A DNA stretch of 63,944 nucleotides, the filler included, from Asterionella formosa (Eukaryota), in NCBI GenBank assembly GCA_002256025.1. It is 9 parts of 9 records of this genome, joined end to end, with 100 filler letters (N's around TTAATTAATTAA, not from the genome) between each part and the next. Parts side by side here need not be neighbours in the genome. Positions count along the whole stretch, not along the records: positions 1 to 26,182 come from NKIB01001816.1; 8 more parts are not named here. One strand, written 5' to 3'. Below, one piece after another: positions 1 through 11,410 of the stretch; positions within the stretch are counted from its first letter, which is position 1, and each line of letters opens with the position of its first letter. The translations under genes and the position numbers were made by a program. Under the pieces are notes generated by a model that was not told the DNA's origin, did not search any database, and saw only the letters and a program-made list of their open reading frames with translations.

Positions 1-2
1 AC

Positions 3-131
3 ATCCGAGGCAACTACTTGCTGACTGAATGGGGTCCACCAGAGAAGTTGCCTGATGTCAGTATGCGTGAGTCCTACGAAATGTTCCTTCAAATGCGCTT
101 GAAGGGAATTCGGGCTCATAGTTGGATCTAA
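3..131 (+). CDS. 3' end of a gene entering from the left edge (…IRGNYLLTEWGPPEKLPDVSMRESYEMFLQMRLKGIRAHSWI*), product unknown
   Basis: Open frame from the window edge to TAA at 129-131, protein-like composition, followed by AT-rich UTR-like sequence. Confidence 0.4.
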   Translation: MRGNYLLTEWGPPEKLPDVSMRESYEMFLQMRLKGIRAHSWI

Positions 132-1123
132 GTAGCTGCAATCTTAAGTTTTGATGAGAAGCACTTTTATCAAATGCACATTAAGGGGAATATTCAAGTT
201 TGTGAGTAACATGCAACATTCAATTTAGCGAGCTGGTTGAGAATACAGATATGTTCATTCAATAAAATATGATTAGCATTATTCATTCTCTATTTTTATA
301 TGTGTAATACCTTGAAGATGGACTTACAATGACTAAATGAGCTGCAGTCAACACACTGATATGCCCTATCAATCTGGCTAGACCAGCAACAATCAACTCC
401 TACACACCATTCAAATGAAACTCTTTGTTCACAAACAAAATTGCAAGGACCCTAGCTTTCCCTGTGGTGTATTCTCCTGTTTTGATTTTATAATAAAGTC
501 CAAGATTCAGGGGTGATAGCTCATGTTGTGAAGGAGGGAATGATAGAGAACAATGATAAGGATAAAGGAGGAGGAGGAGGAGAGGATAAGTGTAAATCAA
601 TTAATGGACCTGACAAGCTCAATAGGAGTTTGGAAGGGGGTATGGTAAAAGATTGATAAGATTATATCTAAAGTAGAATATGTCTGAAATTTTGGTGTCA
701 ACTGGTCACTAAAACTGGCTGGATGTCCCTGATTCAGCCTTTATAGTGTCATCTATGCATTGGTGCTGGGATGTATTCATAGCAGTTGTGAAGGTAAGTG
801 ATGAGTTAAAGCTTTTGTTTCCACAGAGTGGCAATTGAAAAATTGTTACACCACAGCAGTTTGTGGTAAGAAGCATTGGTGGAATCAAAAGCATGGCTGA
901 AAAAAACGAAGTCAAATCAGTTTCCTGGGTCTTCCTATTCAGATTTCTACCGTTTTAAGGACTACATGCACACACTATTGTTCTCAGTTTAATTCTGCAG
1001 TTAACGCTGGTGAGTGTTGGTATTAACTATCATTCAAATGGGCTTCCTTGCCACAACTAGCATTCCCATGAGGCAGATATTTGGTTGATGGTGCAAAACA
1101 TAGTTGGAATTGAATAGAATGTA

Positions 1124-3580
1124 CTAAACCCATGGAGTATCACTCATGGTTTTGCTTCGTTTATGGCTTTTATCGGGTGCACCTTGAAATGAACCATAAA
1201 TTCCTTCCCCTCGCTCATTCTTAAGTTTCATCATCATTGGGATACTTAACGTCCGGTGTCGAGTTCGTGGAGGAATTCGAGCCACCCAGTCCAACAGAGC
1301 TGCTCGTTCTTGACGTAGTTCTGCATCATCTAGAGTTGGGTCAAAACCAAGGGCTGTCACTTGACGAGTACGAACATAGGGGCCATGGATGCGGTAGTCT
1401 TCTGTACCTCGACGGACACGGACCAAGGTACCGGCTTCATTGGCTTGTAAGACAGCTGGACTGACAAAGGGCCCATCTAAGAATTCCCGGGTGTCAGGTA
1501 ACATGATGGACATGATGGTGTCGGCAGGTGCAGGTGGCTCTGTTTCACCGGCCACTTTGACGTTGGTCCATTGAGGGAGGCGGGCTATAAATTTGTAGGT
1601 AAAAATGAGATTGACCACAGTCCCAATAATTAAACAAAGGAACCAATATGAAAAAAGCGCAATTTTAAAGGCGCTTCCCGATGGAATGGTAGAGAAGGCG
1701 TCGACGGCACCCCGGTAAGCTTGAACAGCATTGGTATGTGATAGGGTGGGAAAGCAAAAAGCAACATGGGCCGGACTGAATTTGACAAGGCGAAACTTGT
1801 CCCATCTGGACCAAAGACTATGCAGCGCCGATATCATGCCAACCAATGACAAAAGCATCATGAAATGCTGTAGAGGCATGTAGTATTCGTGAAGAATTTG
1901 GTGGTATGAATACTGCATTTGAGCGGAATGTTCAAGTTTATATTCTTGTGATCTTGAAGGTTGCGACACAATCGTGAGGGCGTACAATGTAATGGAGGGT
2001 GCACTCAATTGAATCCAACACACAGGTGCTGCAATTTTACGGTTCAGAGCAACTCGGATCAGACTGATGAAGAAAGTTGTAAAGAAGAATAGCATGCTTA
2101 GCGATAGCATTATTCGACCAACTGTTGGAAAGTAGAGCCAAGTCTTGACTGCAGCGTAACTAATTCCTACAGTCGAAGGAGACCACGAAGGATCAGGAAG
2201 CATTTTGTATTTTCCAATAGCCATGTAAAGAAACCAGAATGCAAAAAGACAATGAAACCCAGATACAAAGATAACAATCCACTCTCCGACAAGTCCCCGA
2301 CCAGCAAAGACACAAACAAGAGTAATACACACCACTCCAACTGGAGTTGCTGTAGTGGGATTGCTCAGTTCATCCACCACCACTTGCCATGCTAAAATCC
2401 CCTTTAGCAAGAATGACATGGCGAGAGTACCACCAATGATACTACATGCATAATGAAAGTAGAGCGCCATTTTATAAACAGAATTGTTCGTATCACAATC
2501 AAAACAACCAGGAAACTCTGGGAAACCACAAAAGGGTGAATTAAAATGAACCGGTTTGCAACTGGATATATTTTCCTCCATAAATTTGAACCATACCACA
2601 CCCATGGTGGTCCAACTGAGAGCGACGGCACCAATAGTAAGGGGTAAGTTTGAAAAAAAAACTTCGGCAATGGCTAAAGCATTGTATATGGCGGCGAAGC
2701 AAGGCTGAATGAATTTAGTGCCTATGGTTTCACGCTGTGCGTTTTCTTGCTGAAGTCGTTTCTCTTCTTTTTCAAATTCTGACTTCCACTGAAGAATCAA
2801 CGATTCTCGTTCCTTTTCCAGTTCTCTCATGTACTCTTTGATGAATTGCTGCTTATCGCCTGGTCTATCACTTATCTCTCGTCCAATTACACCTGAGAGC
2901 CTCCTTTCCATGTCACTTCGTCGCTGCGCATTTCTTTCTTCTCGTTCCATATCAAACCTCCTTTCAAATTCACTTTGATTCATCATATGCTGTGGCGGTG
3001 GCTGAGGCACATGAGTGGACGAATCTCTTGACGAGTCGCAACCACTTCCATCGAGCAAGCTCAAATCATACGAACCATCTGCGAGCGAGCGCATGGACGA
3101 ACTCAACCCACAACTGTCGTCAAACACTTGCTGCATATCCAGCTCAATCCGTTCGATGAGCAACACATCTTCATCGTCATAGTTTTGCTCCCAATCGTCG
3201 TCCCCGATCGATGCCAGCCTCACGGTCCGGCGACAAGCGCGTGGGGACTCTTGTCGATATGATCCAGCTCGCTCTAATTTGACGGGTTTCAACATCGATG
3301 CTTGTTTCAGAAATTGCTGATTCCGGTTGTGAAATTCTTGAGTGACATCTTCGACAGATTGTTTGCGTTGCGTCATGGGAGGAGTGAAGGTCCTCAGGAC
3401 ATTCTGGATGCCTTGATGGATATTGATACCTCCAGACCAGGCGAGATTGAAACTTTCCCTTGGACGCGCTTCGCTGTCTGGGAGTCCGTGATCCTGCGGG
3501 GTGGAACCTTCATGAAGGCTGTTATGGCGTAGATTTCCCTGCTGCTGTCCCTCCGTGATGGTACCTATAGTCGCCTTCAT
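1124..3580 (-). CDS. SLAC1/TDT-family (tellurite-resistance/dicarboxylate transporter) anion channel with a long hydrophilic N-terminal extension
   Basis: About 820-aa ORF (first ATG at 3580; the track starts at a TTG). About 10 hydrophobic helices; SLAC1-like motifs PDPSWSPSTVG, WIQLSAPSI and FSPAHVAFCFPT (TM9 FP motif). Confidence 0.85.
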   Translation of the reverse strand: MKATIGTITEGQQQGNLRHNSLHEGSTPQDHGLPDSEARPRESFNLAWSGGINIHQGIQNVLRTFTPPMTQRKQSVEDVTQEFHNRNQQFLKQASMLKPVKLERAGSYRQESPRACRRTVRLASIGDDDWEQNYDDEDVLLIERIELDMQQVFDDSCGLSSSMRSLADGSYDLSLLDGSGCDSSRDSSTHVPQPPPQHMMNQSEFERRFDMEREERNAQRRSDMERRLSGVIGREISDRPGDKQQFIKEYMRELEKERESLILQWKSEFEKEEKRLQQENAQRETIGTKFIQPCFAAIYNALAIAEVFFSNLPLTIGAVALSWTTMGVVWFKFMEENISSCKPVHFNSPFCGFPEFPGCFDCDTNNSVYKMALYFHYACSIIGGTLAMSFLLKGILAWQVVVDELSNPTTATPVGVVCITLVCVFAGRGLVGEWIVIFVSGFHCLFAFWFLYMAIGKYKMLPDPSWSPSTVGISYAAVKTWLYFPTVGRIMLSLSMLFFFTTFFISLIRVALNRKIAAPVCWIQLSAPSITLYALTIVSQPSRSQEYKLEHSAQMQYSYHQILHEYYMPLQHFMMLLSLVGMISALHSLWSRWDKFRLVKFSPAHVAFCFPTLSHTNAVQAYRGAVDAFSTIPSGSAFKIALFSYWFLCLIIGTVVNLIFTYKFIARLPQWTNVKVAGETEPPAPADTIMSIMLPDTREFLDGPFVSPAVLQANEAGTLVRVRRGTEDYRIHGPYVRTRQVTALGFDPTLDDAELRQERAALLDWVARIPPRTRHRTLSIPMMMKLKNERGEGIYGSFQGAPDKSHKRSKTMSDTPWV

Positions 3581-4301
3581 GATGCTGCGATTTTGAACGA
3601 ACCAATCCAAGGAACATCAGGTGCATCATTGTCCTAATATTTCCAGATTGGTCGTTGCAATGTGCACTCAGGTAGCTTGACCTACTCCAAGTGATGGAGA
3701 AGTCTAGCGGTATGTATTTGTGTGTCGTCGCTTGTTGCTGATCCGCACCGGATGGCTGGCAGTTGCAACATTCAAAAGCGTCGCCTGTTGGCCGACGTCG
3801 TTCTCTGTTCTAGTCTATACCAGGGTACCGGTATACCAGGTATAGGTACAACATACAGTCTCGTCCATTTGTGGTATGGTGGGTGGGAATTCTTTTCCTC
3901 GAGCCCGAAGCAAACGCAAAGGAGCAGCAGGCAGCCAGATTTCGTTTCCCGCAGGCAGCCATACGTACACCGGCCACGGGTGTGCAGGATGAAATGATTT
4001 GTACTACACCTACGTATTTGTACTCCCGGGATACACGTACCAGGTACCTGGTACCTGGTAGTCGCTGATCGATCGTGTTGCACCTAAGATATGTAGCGGT
4101 ATCATTGCTGGCCACATCCTTGGTGCATTACCGGTGGCAGTACATACGGTATAGGCAGCTTCTTGCTTTCCCGCCATTCGCTCAAGCGCTGATGCTTGCT
4201 GTTCCGAGAAACTGTATACCGGTATAAGTGGCACGGAACAAAACATCAAGCGAACACAGCGGTTATAAAACAGCACATTGTGTTGTAGCAAATATAGAGC
4301 A

Positions 4302-4811
4302 ATGGCGAAAACAGAAACGGCAACGGTGGCCGCTAATAGCGAGAGCAAGCGCAAGACATCAGATCCACCTGCCGGTTACGTATGTAGTCTTTGTCATGTT
4401 CAAGGACATTGGATTCAACAATGCCCACAAAAACCAAAAAAGAAGAAGCAAAAACGAAACCATGAACCTGTGGAGGGAGTAGACCCGTCTCCGAAGGACA
4501 TTGATGACGCGAAAGCAATGCAAGCAATCAAACCACCTAAATGCTTTTGTGGAATATCATCGAGAATTAAAAAGGTCAAGAAATCAAACGTCAAGGAAGA
4601 CTCAAGAGCAAATGGGAATTATTTCTTCTTTTGTGCCAAGCGAAAGGACGACCCCACCAAATGCAAACTTGCGAGACCAGCACAAGACGAAATTACGCCA
4701 AAGAGTGCAAGACCGTGTCCTTTCTTTCTCAAAAAGGGAAAGTGTAAAAAAGGGGACAAGTGCATTTTTAGTCATGATTTAACTAACTTAGCGACAGAAC
4801 AAATAAGTTAG
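4302..4811 (+). CDS. Small triple zinc-finger protein: CCHC knuckle, GRF-type finger and CCCH finger
   Basis: GYVCSLCHVQGHWIQQCP (knuckle); CFCG…NGNYFFFCAK…C (GRF-like); CPFFLKKGKCKKGDKCIFSH (C-x8-C-x5-C-x3-H); basic KPKKKKQKR NLS-like run; ATG at 4302. Confidence 0.8.
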   Translation: MAKTETATVAANSESKRKTSDPPAGYVCSLCHVQGHWIQQCPQKPKKKKQKRNHEPVEGVDPSPKDIDDAKAMQAIKPPKCFCGISSRIKKVKKSNVKEDSRANGNYFFFCAKRKDDPTKCKLARPAQDEITPKSARPCPFFLKKGKCKKGDKCIFSHDLTNLATEQIS

Positions 4812-5093
4812 GGAACGGTAGAGATGCCATGATTCGAGTTAAGAGATGCAATGCAAAGGATCCCAGCGATGAAAATACTAGGTTGATCTTGGCGATGCTC
4901 ATTTTTGACTAGATATGTATGGACACGGTATGCTTGCCCATGGTGCAAGCGCAAACAGCACAGCAGTACCATGTGTCACAGTGTAGCAATTTAGACATGC
5001 ATTCACATATTTTAGCAGCCTGGTTAGCGCATTGTTGGCTTGTCTTTCTGTGAGATCAAAATAAATGCCTTAGTATGGAAGTTTTTGTGCCAT

Positions 5094-7358
5094 CTAGCGA
5101 GTTCGACTTCTCTCAAACCTAGTATACTCCTCCAAGACTGTCGGATCGGACAGGACTGGTTTGCAAGCCCTCAGTGCCGTCTCCAGATGAAACTGAGTGA
5201 CTGTTGCAATTTCCTTCCCTTGATGCAATATGCGTTCTTTCAATACTACCATTGCAGCTTCATGACAGGCACCAACCACCTCTGCCCCAGTCATCATACC
5301 ACTTACTTCTCGAGAACACAGTTTTTCAAGGTCCATGTCGGTGCATTGCCACTTTTGACAAAACATGTCTATAATAGCGCGACGACCCTCCTTGTCTGGG
5401 GGTGGCACGTAAATAATATTGTCAAATCGACCAGGCCGTAACAAGGCTGCATCCAATTGACTAGGACGATTCGTCGCTCCTAATACCAGTACTCCATCTG
5501 TCGCCCTAGCATCCACCCCATCCATTTCGTTAAGGAAGGTGGACAAGACCCGACCTTCTGCCGACGTGCCACTCCGACGATTTATGGCACCTCCACTTCC
5601 CAAAATAGAATCTATTTCATCAAAAAATAAAATGCAAGGAGCTGCACTCCTTGCAACGGTAAAAGCACGTCTCACGACCGCTTCTGCTTCGCCAACATAA
5701 CTTGACGAGTACACATCGGCAGGACTGAGGGAAACAAATGCCATCCCGGACGCACCCGCTGCAGCTCGCGCTAAGGAAGTTTTGGCACATCCTGGTGGAC
5801 CGTGCAATAAAATGCCTCGAGGAGGTGCTTGTCCCATCTGACGAAAAGCCGTTCGTCGGGGCCATTCTATTGCCCTACGAAGTGTCGTCTTGGCCCCTCC
5901 TGGATCGCCATGAATATCATCCCATGTAGTATTGGTAGTGTAAGCCACAGCAGCAGCTGATTGTCGGAGTGCTGATGCGGGAACATGTGTCATGGCATCG
6001 TATAAGTGAAAAGCCACGACCTGCCCATTTTGCGACAAAAATCGAGCATGGCGGACAAGGGCGATCAAGTCGGCAGGGACGTACCCGACACAAGCCGTCG
6101 CAATATCTTCCAATTGAGATACTTGATCGTAACGGAGAATTTCGTTCAGTAAAGACAATCGTTCCGTAGCATTGGGTGGTTCGAGTGCGATTTCTCGGTC
6201 CATTCGTCTACGAAGGTAAACCGGAACTGCGTCGATAAGATTTGTCGCTGCAACAAGGATAATTGTCGTGCTCTCAAGTTGATCCAATAAGTAACCCATC
6301 ATGGATGCCACTACATCTGAAGATAGTAATGCTTCGCATTCATCAAGTAAGATCCAACTAATGCCATCCGTGGCCGCGCAGTCGTGAAAGAGCTCTTTTA
6401 ACCTAATCGAGGCATCTGCAGCATGTCCAGTTACTCCAAGGAGTTCCGACCCTTGGATCACGTGCAGGGTTCCGCCCAGAAATGCATGTGCTTGTTTTAC
6501 GGCAAACGTTTTACCAACGCCAGGCGGTCCTGTCAAGAGAAAGGATCGAGGCATGAAGCGAAGGTTTAAATGGCTCGCTGATTCCACCAATAGTTGGGCT
6601 GTCGGAGACAATGACAAAGGCAATGGAGGAGGCGCTTCTTCAACTCCATCCCATATTAATGTTATTATAGTGCTTGGAAATATTTTGTAGATTCTTGCCT
6701 CTTTTGCTCTCGACGAAAGTGCAGCAAGGCGCAGGTGGATCAATTGGTTCTGAAAGTCAATATTCACCATTGTCGATAACTTTCCTTGGTCAAATACAAT
6801 CGGTAATCCCACCAGCTGATGTTTCAAGCTAGCTTGCTGCAGCGTAGTCAATTTCAAACTAGCTTTGTACATAATAGTCGCTGAAAGTGGTATCGTCGGT
6901 TGACAGTGAAAGGTATACAAGAAAGACCTTTCGTCGCTTTCATCGGAAGAAAACGAGAGGGTGGCGTAGTTGTGGTTGCTGTCGGTAACTGTAGCACGAA
7001 GATTGTTCAAGATGCCAAGGAGGTACATGGATGAATGCAATGCATCTATTGGGATTTCATCAAATGAGAATATCTGGATGCTCTTACTCCAGCTCAAAGC
7101 GCCACCTTCGAGAAGAAGAGACGAAAGGCAACAAAGAAATCGCTCTGCGCCGACAGCGACAACAATTGGACTCGAAACGAGTCGACACTGTTTGGTCACT
7201 GATCGTTTTCGTCTCTTGTCTGTAGCAGACGTCTCCATCCGGCATTCTCCGCAACGAAGGGGGGATATTGACGACGACGGGTATGCCATGTCGACTTCGG
7301 CATTTACCTTACCGGTACATCGATAAAAAATGAATTGCTTCGGTAAATACCGGTACAT
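5094..7358 (-). CDS. Double-ring AAA+ ATPase of the CDC48/AFG2 (SPATA5/SPATA5L1-like) group
   Basis: Two AAA modules: GPPGVGKT…LLDECE and GPPGCAKT…FFDEID, plus SRH ATNRPSQLDAALLRPGRFD. True start probably downstream of 7358 (ATG at 7289 or later). Confidence 0.85.
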   Translation of the reverse strand: MYRYLPKQFIFYRCTGKVNAEVDMAYPSSSISPLRCGECRMETSATDKRRKRSVTKQCRLVSSPIVVAVGAERFLCCLSSLLLEGGALSWSKSIQIFSFDEIPIDALHSSMYLLGILNNLRATVTDSNHNYATLSFSSDESDERSFLYTFHCQPTIPLSATIMYKASLKLTTLQQASLKHQLVGLPIVFDQGKLSTMVNIDFQNQLIHLRLAALSSRAKEARIYKIFPSTIITLIWDGVEEAPPPLPLSLSPTAQLLVESASHLNLRFMPRSFLLTGPPGVGKTFAVKQAHAFLGGTLHVIQGSELLGVTGHAADASIRLKELFHDCAATDGISWILLDECEALLSSDVVASMMGYLLDQLESTTIILVAATNLIDAVPVYLRRRMDREIALEPPNATERLSLLNEILRYDQVSQLEDIATACVGYVPADLIALVRHARFLSQNGQVVAFHLYDAMTHVPASALRQSAAAVAYTTNTTWDDIHGDPGGAKTTLRRAIEWPRRTAFRQMGQAPPRGILLHGPPGCAKTSLARAAAGASGMAFVSLSPADVYSSSYVGEAEAVVRRAFTVARSAAPCILFFDEIDSILGSGGAINRRSGTSAEGRVLSTFLNEMDGVDARATDGVLVLGATNRPSQLDAALLRPGRFDNIIYVPPPDKEGRRAIIDMFCQKWQCTDMDLEKLCSREVSGMMTGAEVVGACHEAAMVVLKERILHQGKEIATVTQFHLETALRACKPVLSDPTVLEEYTRFERSRTR

Positions 7359-7619
7359 TACATCATCAGTCGTAATTGTGCTGAAGCTAAATAGTTAGCT
7401 ATCTTTATCCCATATTAAATTGTTTATCTTAGCAAAACGACCGCAACTTAGTACAGTATACCACGAGACGGAATCCAGAATCCATTTGTATGACTCCCTT
7501 GAGCGATGTTTGAATTGAGGGTCACATGACAACGACTTACTGGAATAGAATGCATGCGTGAAATCGTAATGGATTTCCACAGTTCAACCAGTTTACATAG
7601 TATTCAATGCATGACCATG

Positions 7620-9165
7620 TAACTTTAGTCTAGATTTTGAGTTAGGATACTATGTACCAACATGATGCTGTTTCGAGGTGTTGGATATGATCTCCCATCA
7701 TGACAACAAATAGCAATTCAGATCGAAATCAAATTCAGTTTGGGCATGCTAAGATTTAATTGAATAAAACAATTCAATTTGCATCTAATAATTCAATTTT
7801 CAAATACACTGTTTTGATTTGCTAGGTAGCTAAGTTGATCATCATTACAAAGACTAATAATTCAAATGGAATGCAAAAGTCGGTTTGAGTCTGCTGCCAA
7901 ATCAACTCGAAAAATCTGATGATTTGTATCGACTTGCAGGAGGAAGGACGGACCAGCATTATGTTATGAGGTGTTGGATAAAATCTAACGTAAAGATTAA
8001 CAGCAAGAAGAATTCATAGGAAGCAAAGTGAAAATAGATTTGGGGTTCGCTGACAGATTATGTAAAAATCAATCCTATGTGAGTCGAGATTTTTTGAAGA
8101 AGTATTCTTGTCATAAGAAAGAAGAATAATTCGAAGAAGAGTGAAATTCGATTAGAATCTGCTGAGCATTCAAGAACCCAAAACAAACAATTCAATACAA
8201 GAATTCTTTCCAGTAACAGCAACAGCAATGAATCACCTGAATCAATAGTGAAATCGTTGCTGATGTGAAACACTCTTCTCATGCCCAAACCTCATCATCT
8301 GAAAAGGAGGAAGGAGAAACTATATGTATTATTTATGGATTGTAATCTCTAATAATAAAGAATAAGTGTTATGTTGACCTAAATAATTATTCAATTGATT
8401 AGCTCTAGACAATTTCATACCATTGAACTTGAAATGCAAGAATTGGAGCCTTCTCCTTTCCCTTGCATAGAGTGAGCAGACAAGCAGGACAGCAATTCCA
8501 AAAGAAATGCACACAATCATTTATGGAATCAGCTGATTCAGAGAAAAAAAATCCCATCGTTTTGGTTCAAGATCATTCACTCAACAAATTCATGAAAGAA
8601 AATACTTTTCCTTCTCTGCTTATTCCGATGAGTCTCTCAAGTGAATCAAAAGCAAAATACATCCCTTGCTAGAGCTCTCATTGTTGTTGCTAAGACAATG
8701 ATACAACAATCCTATGACTCTTTTCCCTTACTGTTACATTGTTTCCTGGTATCAGCTTCACTAGAGTAGTCCCTGCACATGCCATCGAACGCAATCTCAC
8801 AGGAGAATCGAAATCTGTCTCTGAAAACTGCGTCAGCCAAGTCTTGAATCTGGGTTCTATTGGCTACCTGTAGATGATCTGTCTATGCACTCATCGGCCT
8901 TGACAATGTATTGGGTGTAAAAACTGAACTAATTGATGTTTCAGGACCAAACTGACGCCTTGCCCTCTTCATGAGAACATCATTGAGCGCTGATGCATTT
9001 TATTCATATTCTGAGATTTCCCCAGCAATCAAATCCAATACTTCATTGACTATGACATTATAGAGGGTATCTTGTCAAGGATCTCCAGTGTAATCTTCCT
9101 GTGAGGATAAGGAGGTAAGAATGGTGCTGGCGTGATCAATTGATGATTCCAATCGTTGGGATGCA
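7620..9165 (-). pseudogene. Decayed coding remnant of unknown, possibly transposon, origin
   Basis: Protein-like fragments (…LYNVIVNEVLDLIAGKSQ…, …PRFKTWLTQFSETDFDSPVRLRSMAC…, …RWDFFFSESADSINDCVHFFWNCC…) broken by stops and frameshifts; one GT…TTTTCAG intron-like segment. Confidence 0.3.
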
Positions 9166-9957
9166 TATATATACATGTATATATATTATTAAACTTTGTA
9201 GCAGCACATGCTGGAATGCATGAGTACATAAATTTTTTGTGTTGATAAAAAATCGATATATTCACCAAATACTGTTACCGATGTTATTATATCGTGTGCT
9301 TTGGGTGTGAGATCCGTATTTCCAAGCACGATTAAAGTTTCTGAAGAAAATTGACGATATTTCCGATGTGACTGAAAATATTTTGAGTTTTGGAAATTCA
9401 AAACCTGGAAAACTCAAGTTTTCGATGCGGCATGAAATGATTTTCGGTAAAAAGTAACAGGAAATTTGAGTCTCAAGTTAAATTCTGGAGTGGCAAGAAA
9501 TGGTTGGCAACAAGAGTGTGATCTACTATGTATACTCCCCAAGTATTAATCAATTGCTTGTTTACATGAATAATAATAAATGAATGATAAATAAAGAAAG
9601 GTTTCACTTTTCTTACCCTGCCATAGTATTGTTACACATGCTTGCAGTATGAATAAAAATAGGGAAATATGAAAATTTTATAGTATGCTTTTATTGAAAC
9701 TCAAATGTAATGGAGTTTGTGGAGTCATGCTGGGGATGAAGAGTGAGGTTGAGTTTTCCATAGAGGGACTCTTAGGGGTTGAAGATTGGGAAAAAAGTGT
9801 AGAAATGGTGAGGAAGGGCAAGAATTCCATCTAGGGCTCTTAGAGTGGTCAAAAGTGTGTGTAGAACAGCCGGTATAGGGAATAGTGAGCAGAGAGGAAG
9901 ACCAATCAAAAAATAAAAAGCAAAAATTTAATTTGCATGGAAATTTTGGGAAAAATT

Positions 9958-10489
9958 TTAAAATGAGGATCCAGAAGTGGAAGAATCAATGATAGGAGTA
10001 GCACAATGAAGGGATAAGAAATGAGCAGCAAGAGAAGGGTCTTGGGAGTTGCAGACAGCAGTACATATGGCAAAACGTATTGCCATTTTGGTAAAATTTA
10101 CTTGACAATCCTGGAAGGCAATTGCCAGGATGAACTGTAGTGCAGAAGAATAATGTGAGAGCACACCTGCTGGAATGGTGTTGAGGGCCGGAAGGGTGTT
10201 GTTATTGCATTTTGCTTGCTGATGCCAGGGTAGCAGTGGGATTTTTTTCTTTGTAGCAGTAGTGTCAAGTGATTTAGTGGCATTGTCATTTGGAGTAGAG
10301 ACATGAGACAAAGGCTTTTTTGTTTTGGAACAAAGCGGTGAGTGGTGGGGGGGAAAGCGATCGCATGGCAGTTGAATTATGCACCCAAGTGGGGCTGTCC
10401 AGCGCCGACCGATTTTTGAATGTAGTTTTAGAGGATTGGGAGGATTTTCGTGGGGGATGAACGGGAGTGAAGGAGACAGTGTCAGCCAA
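9958..10489 (-). pseudogene. Frameshifted ORF remnant, possibly the 5' ORF of a retroelement
   Basis: Overlapping short ORFs that join across frameshifts; purine/pyrimidine strand bias; (GGTACCA)3 array just upstream at 10561-10582. Confidence 0.25.
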
Positions 10490-10799
10490 AGGAATATTGG
10501 GAGAAGCGGGGTGAGAGGAGCAGCATTGGCGTAAAGCGCAATGGTTGAATGTGATCGATGCAGGTACCAGGTACCAGGTACCTTACATCAATGATAGCAA
10601 CATAATCATTATGTCGCAAGGTGGCATATTATACTGGTGCTACTATAATAAAACCTAGTACAGGTATAACATCAATACATAAAAGTATACTTTTATGTAC
10701 AATCAATCTCATTTTGGAGGCGTTTTCTCAGTTTGGAGACTTCTTTACTGAATGTAGCTTAACCATGGGTGATAGACTAGTAGTAGAATTAATTAATTG

Positions 10800-11410
10800 A
10801 GGTCCATTTGAGATGGCCTACTAGGCTTTGGTTGGCTTACTTGATGGCTTTTGCTTCTCTATTGGCAAACAAAGCCTGGATGTTCTTGACTTGGCTGTCA
10901 GATTCAGAGTTTGCTTCTGTGGTCGGCTAATTTGTCACAACTATTGGGTGTTTCAGTTGGTGCTCTAATTTTGGATTTTGTGTTGGCGAAACAGTTGGAG
11001 ACATTTTTGGTAGAAAGGTTGGCATATGCGTTGGCTTTGAGATTGGCAATGAAGAAGGTTTCCTACTGAGCAAAAGTATGTAATTGGTGAAGCTTTTGGC
11101 ATAAATAAGGACTGCAGTGAACCTGTAGTTGTGCTAATTGGGGCTGATGAAGGCAAATTACTTGGATTCCGTGTATATTTTGGTTGGCAGTTTAGTAGGT
11201 TCCAAACATGGTGTAGTGGATGGTACAGAAGTTGGTGTGGCAGTAAAAGGCTTAGCAGTTGGTTTTGCAGTGCGTACTAGTAGGCTGAAGAGTTGGTGTT
11301 TCAGTAGAAGGCTTGGCAGTAGCTTTAGAAGGTGTTTGGTGTGGCGGTAGGCCTAACATGTGGCTTAGTAGCTTGTTTTCGAAAAGGCAAAGAAGTTGGT
11401 GATGAAAAAG
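10800..11410 (-). pseudogene. Degenerate duplicate of the Thr/Pro-rich stalk of the adjacent M11 peptidase gene
   Basis: 11145-11330 aligns by eye with 12260-12460 (GATGAAGGCAAAT…CTTGGATTCC…TTGGTTGG.AGTTTAG.AGGT); PTAKPST-type repeats with stops and frameshifts. Confidence 0.55.

Noticed and set aside
3722..4354. Several overlapping 65-114 aa ORFs with VPGT/YQVP-like peptides
   Set aside because: Translations of the GGTACC-rich promoter motifs in a divergent intergenic region
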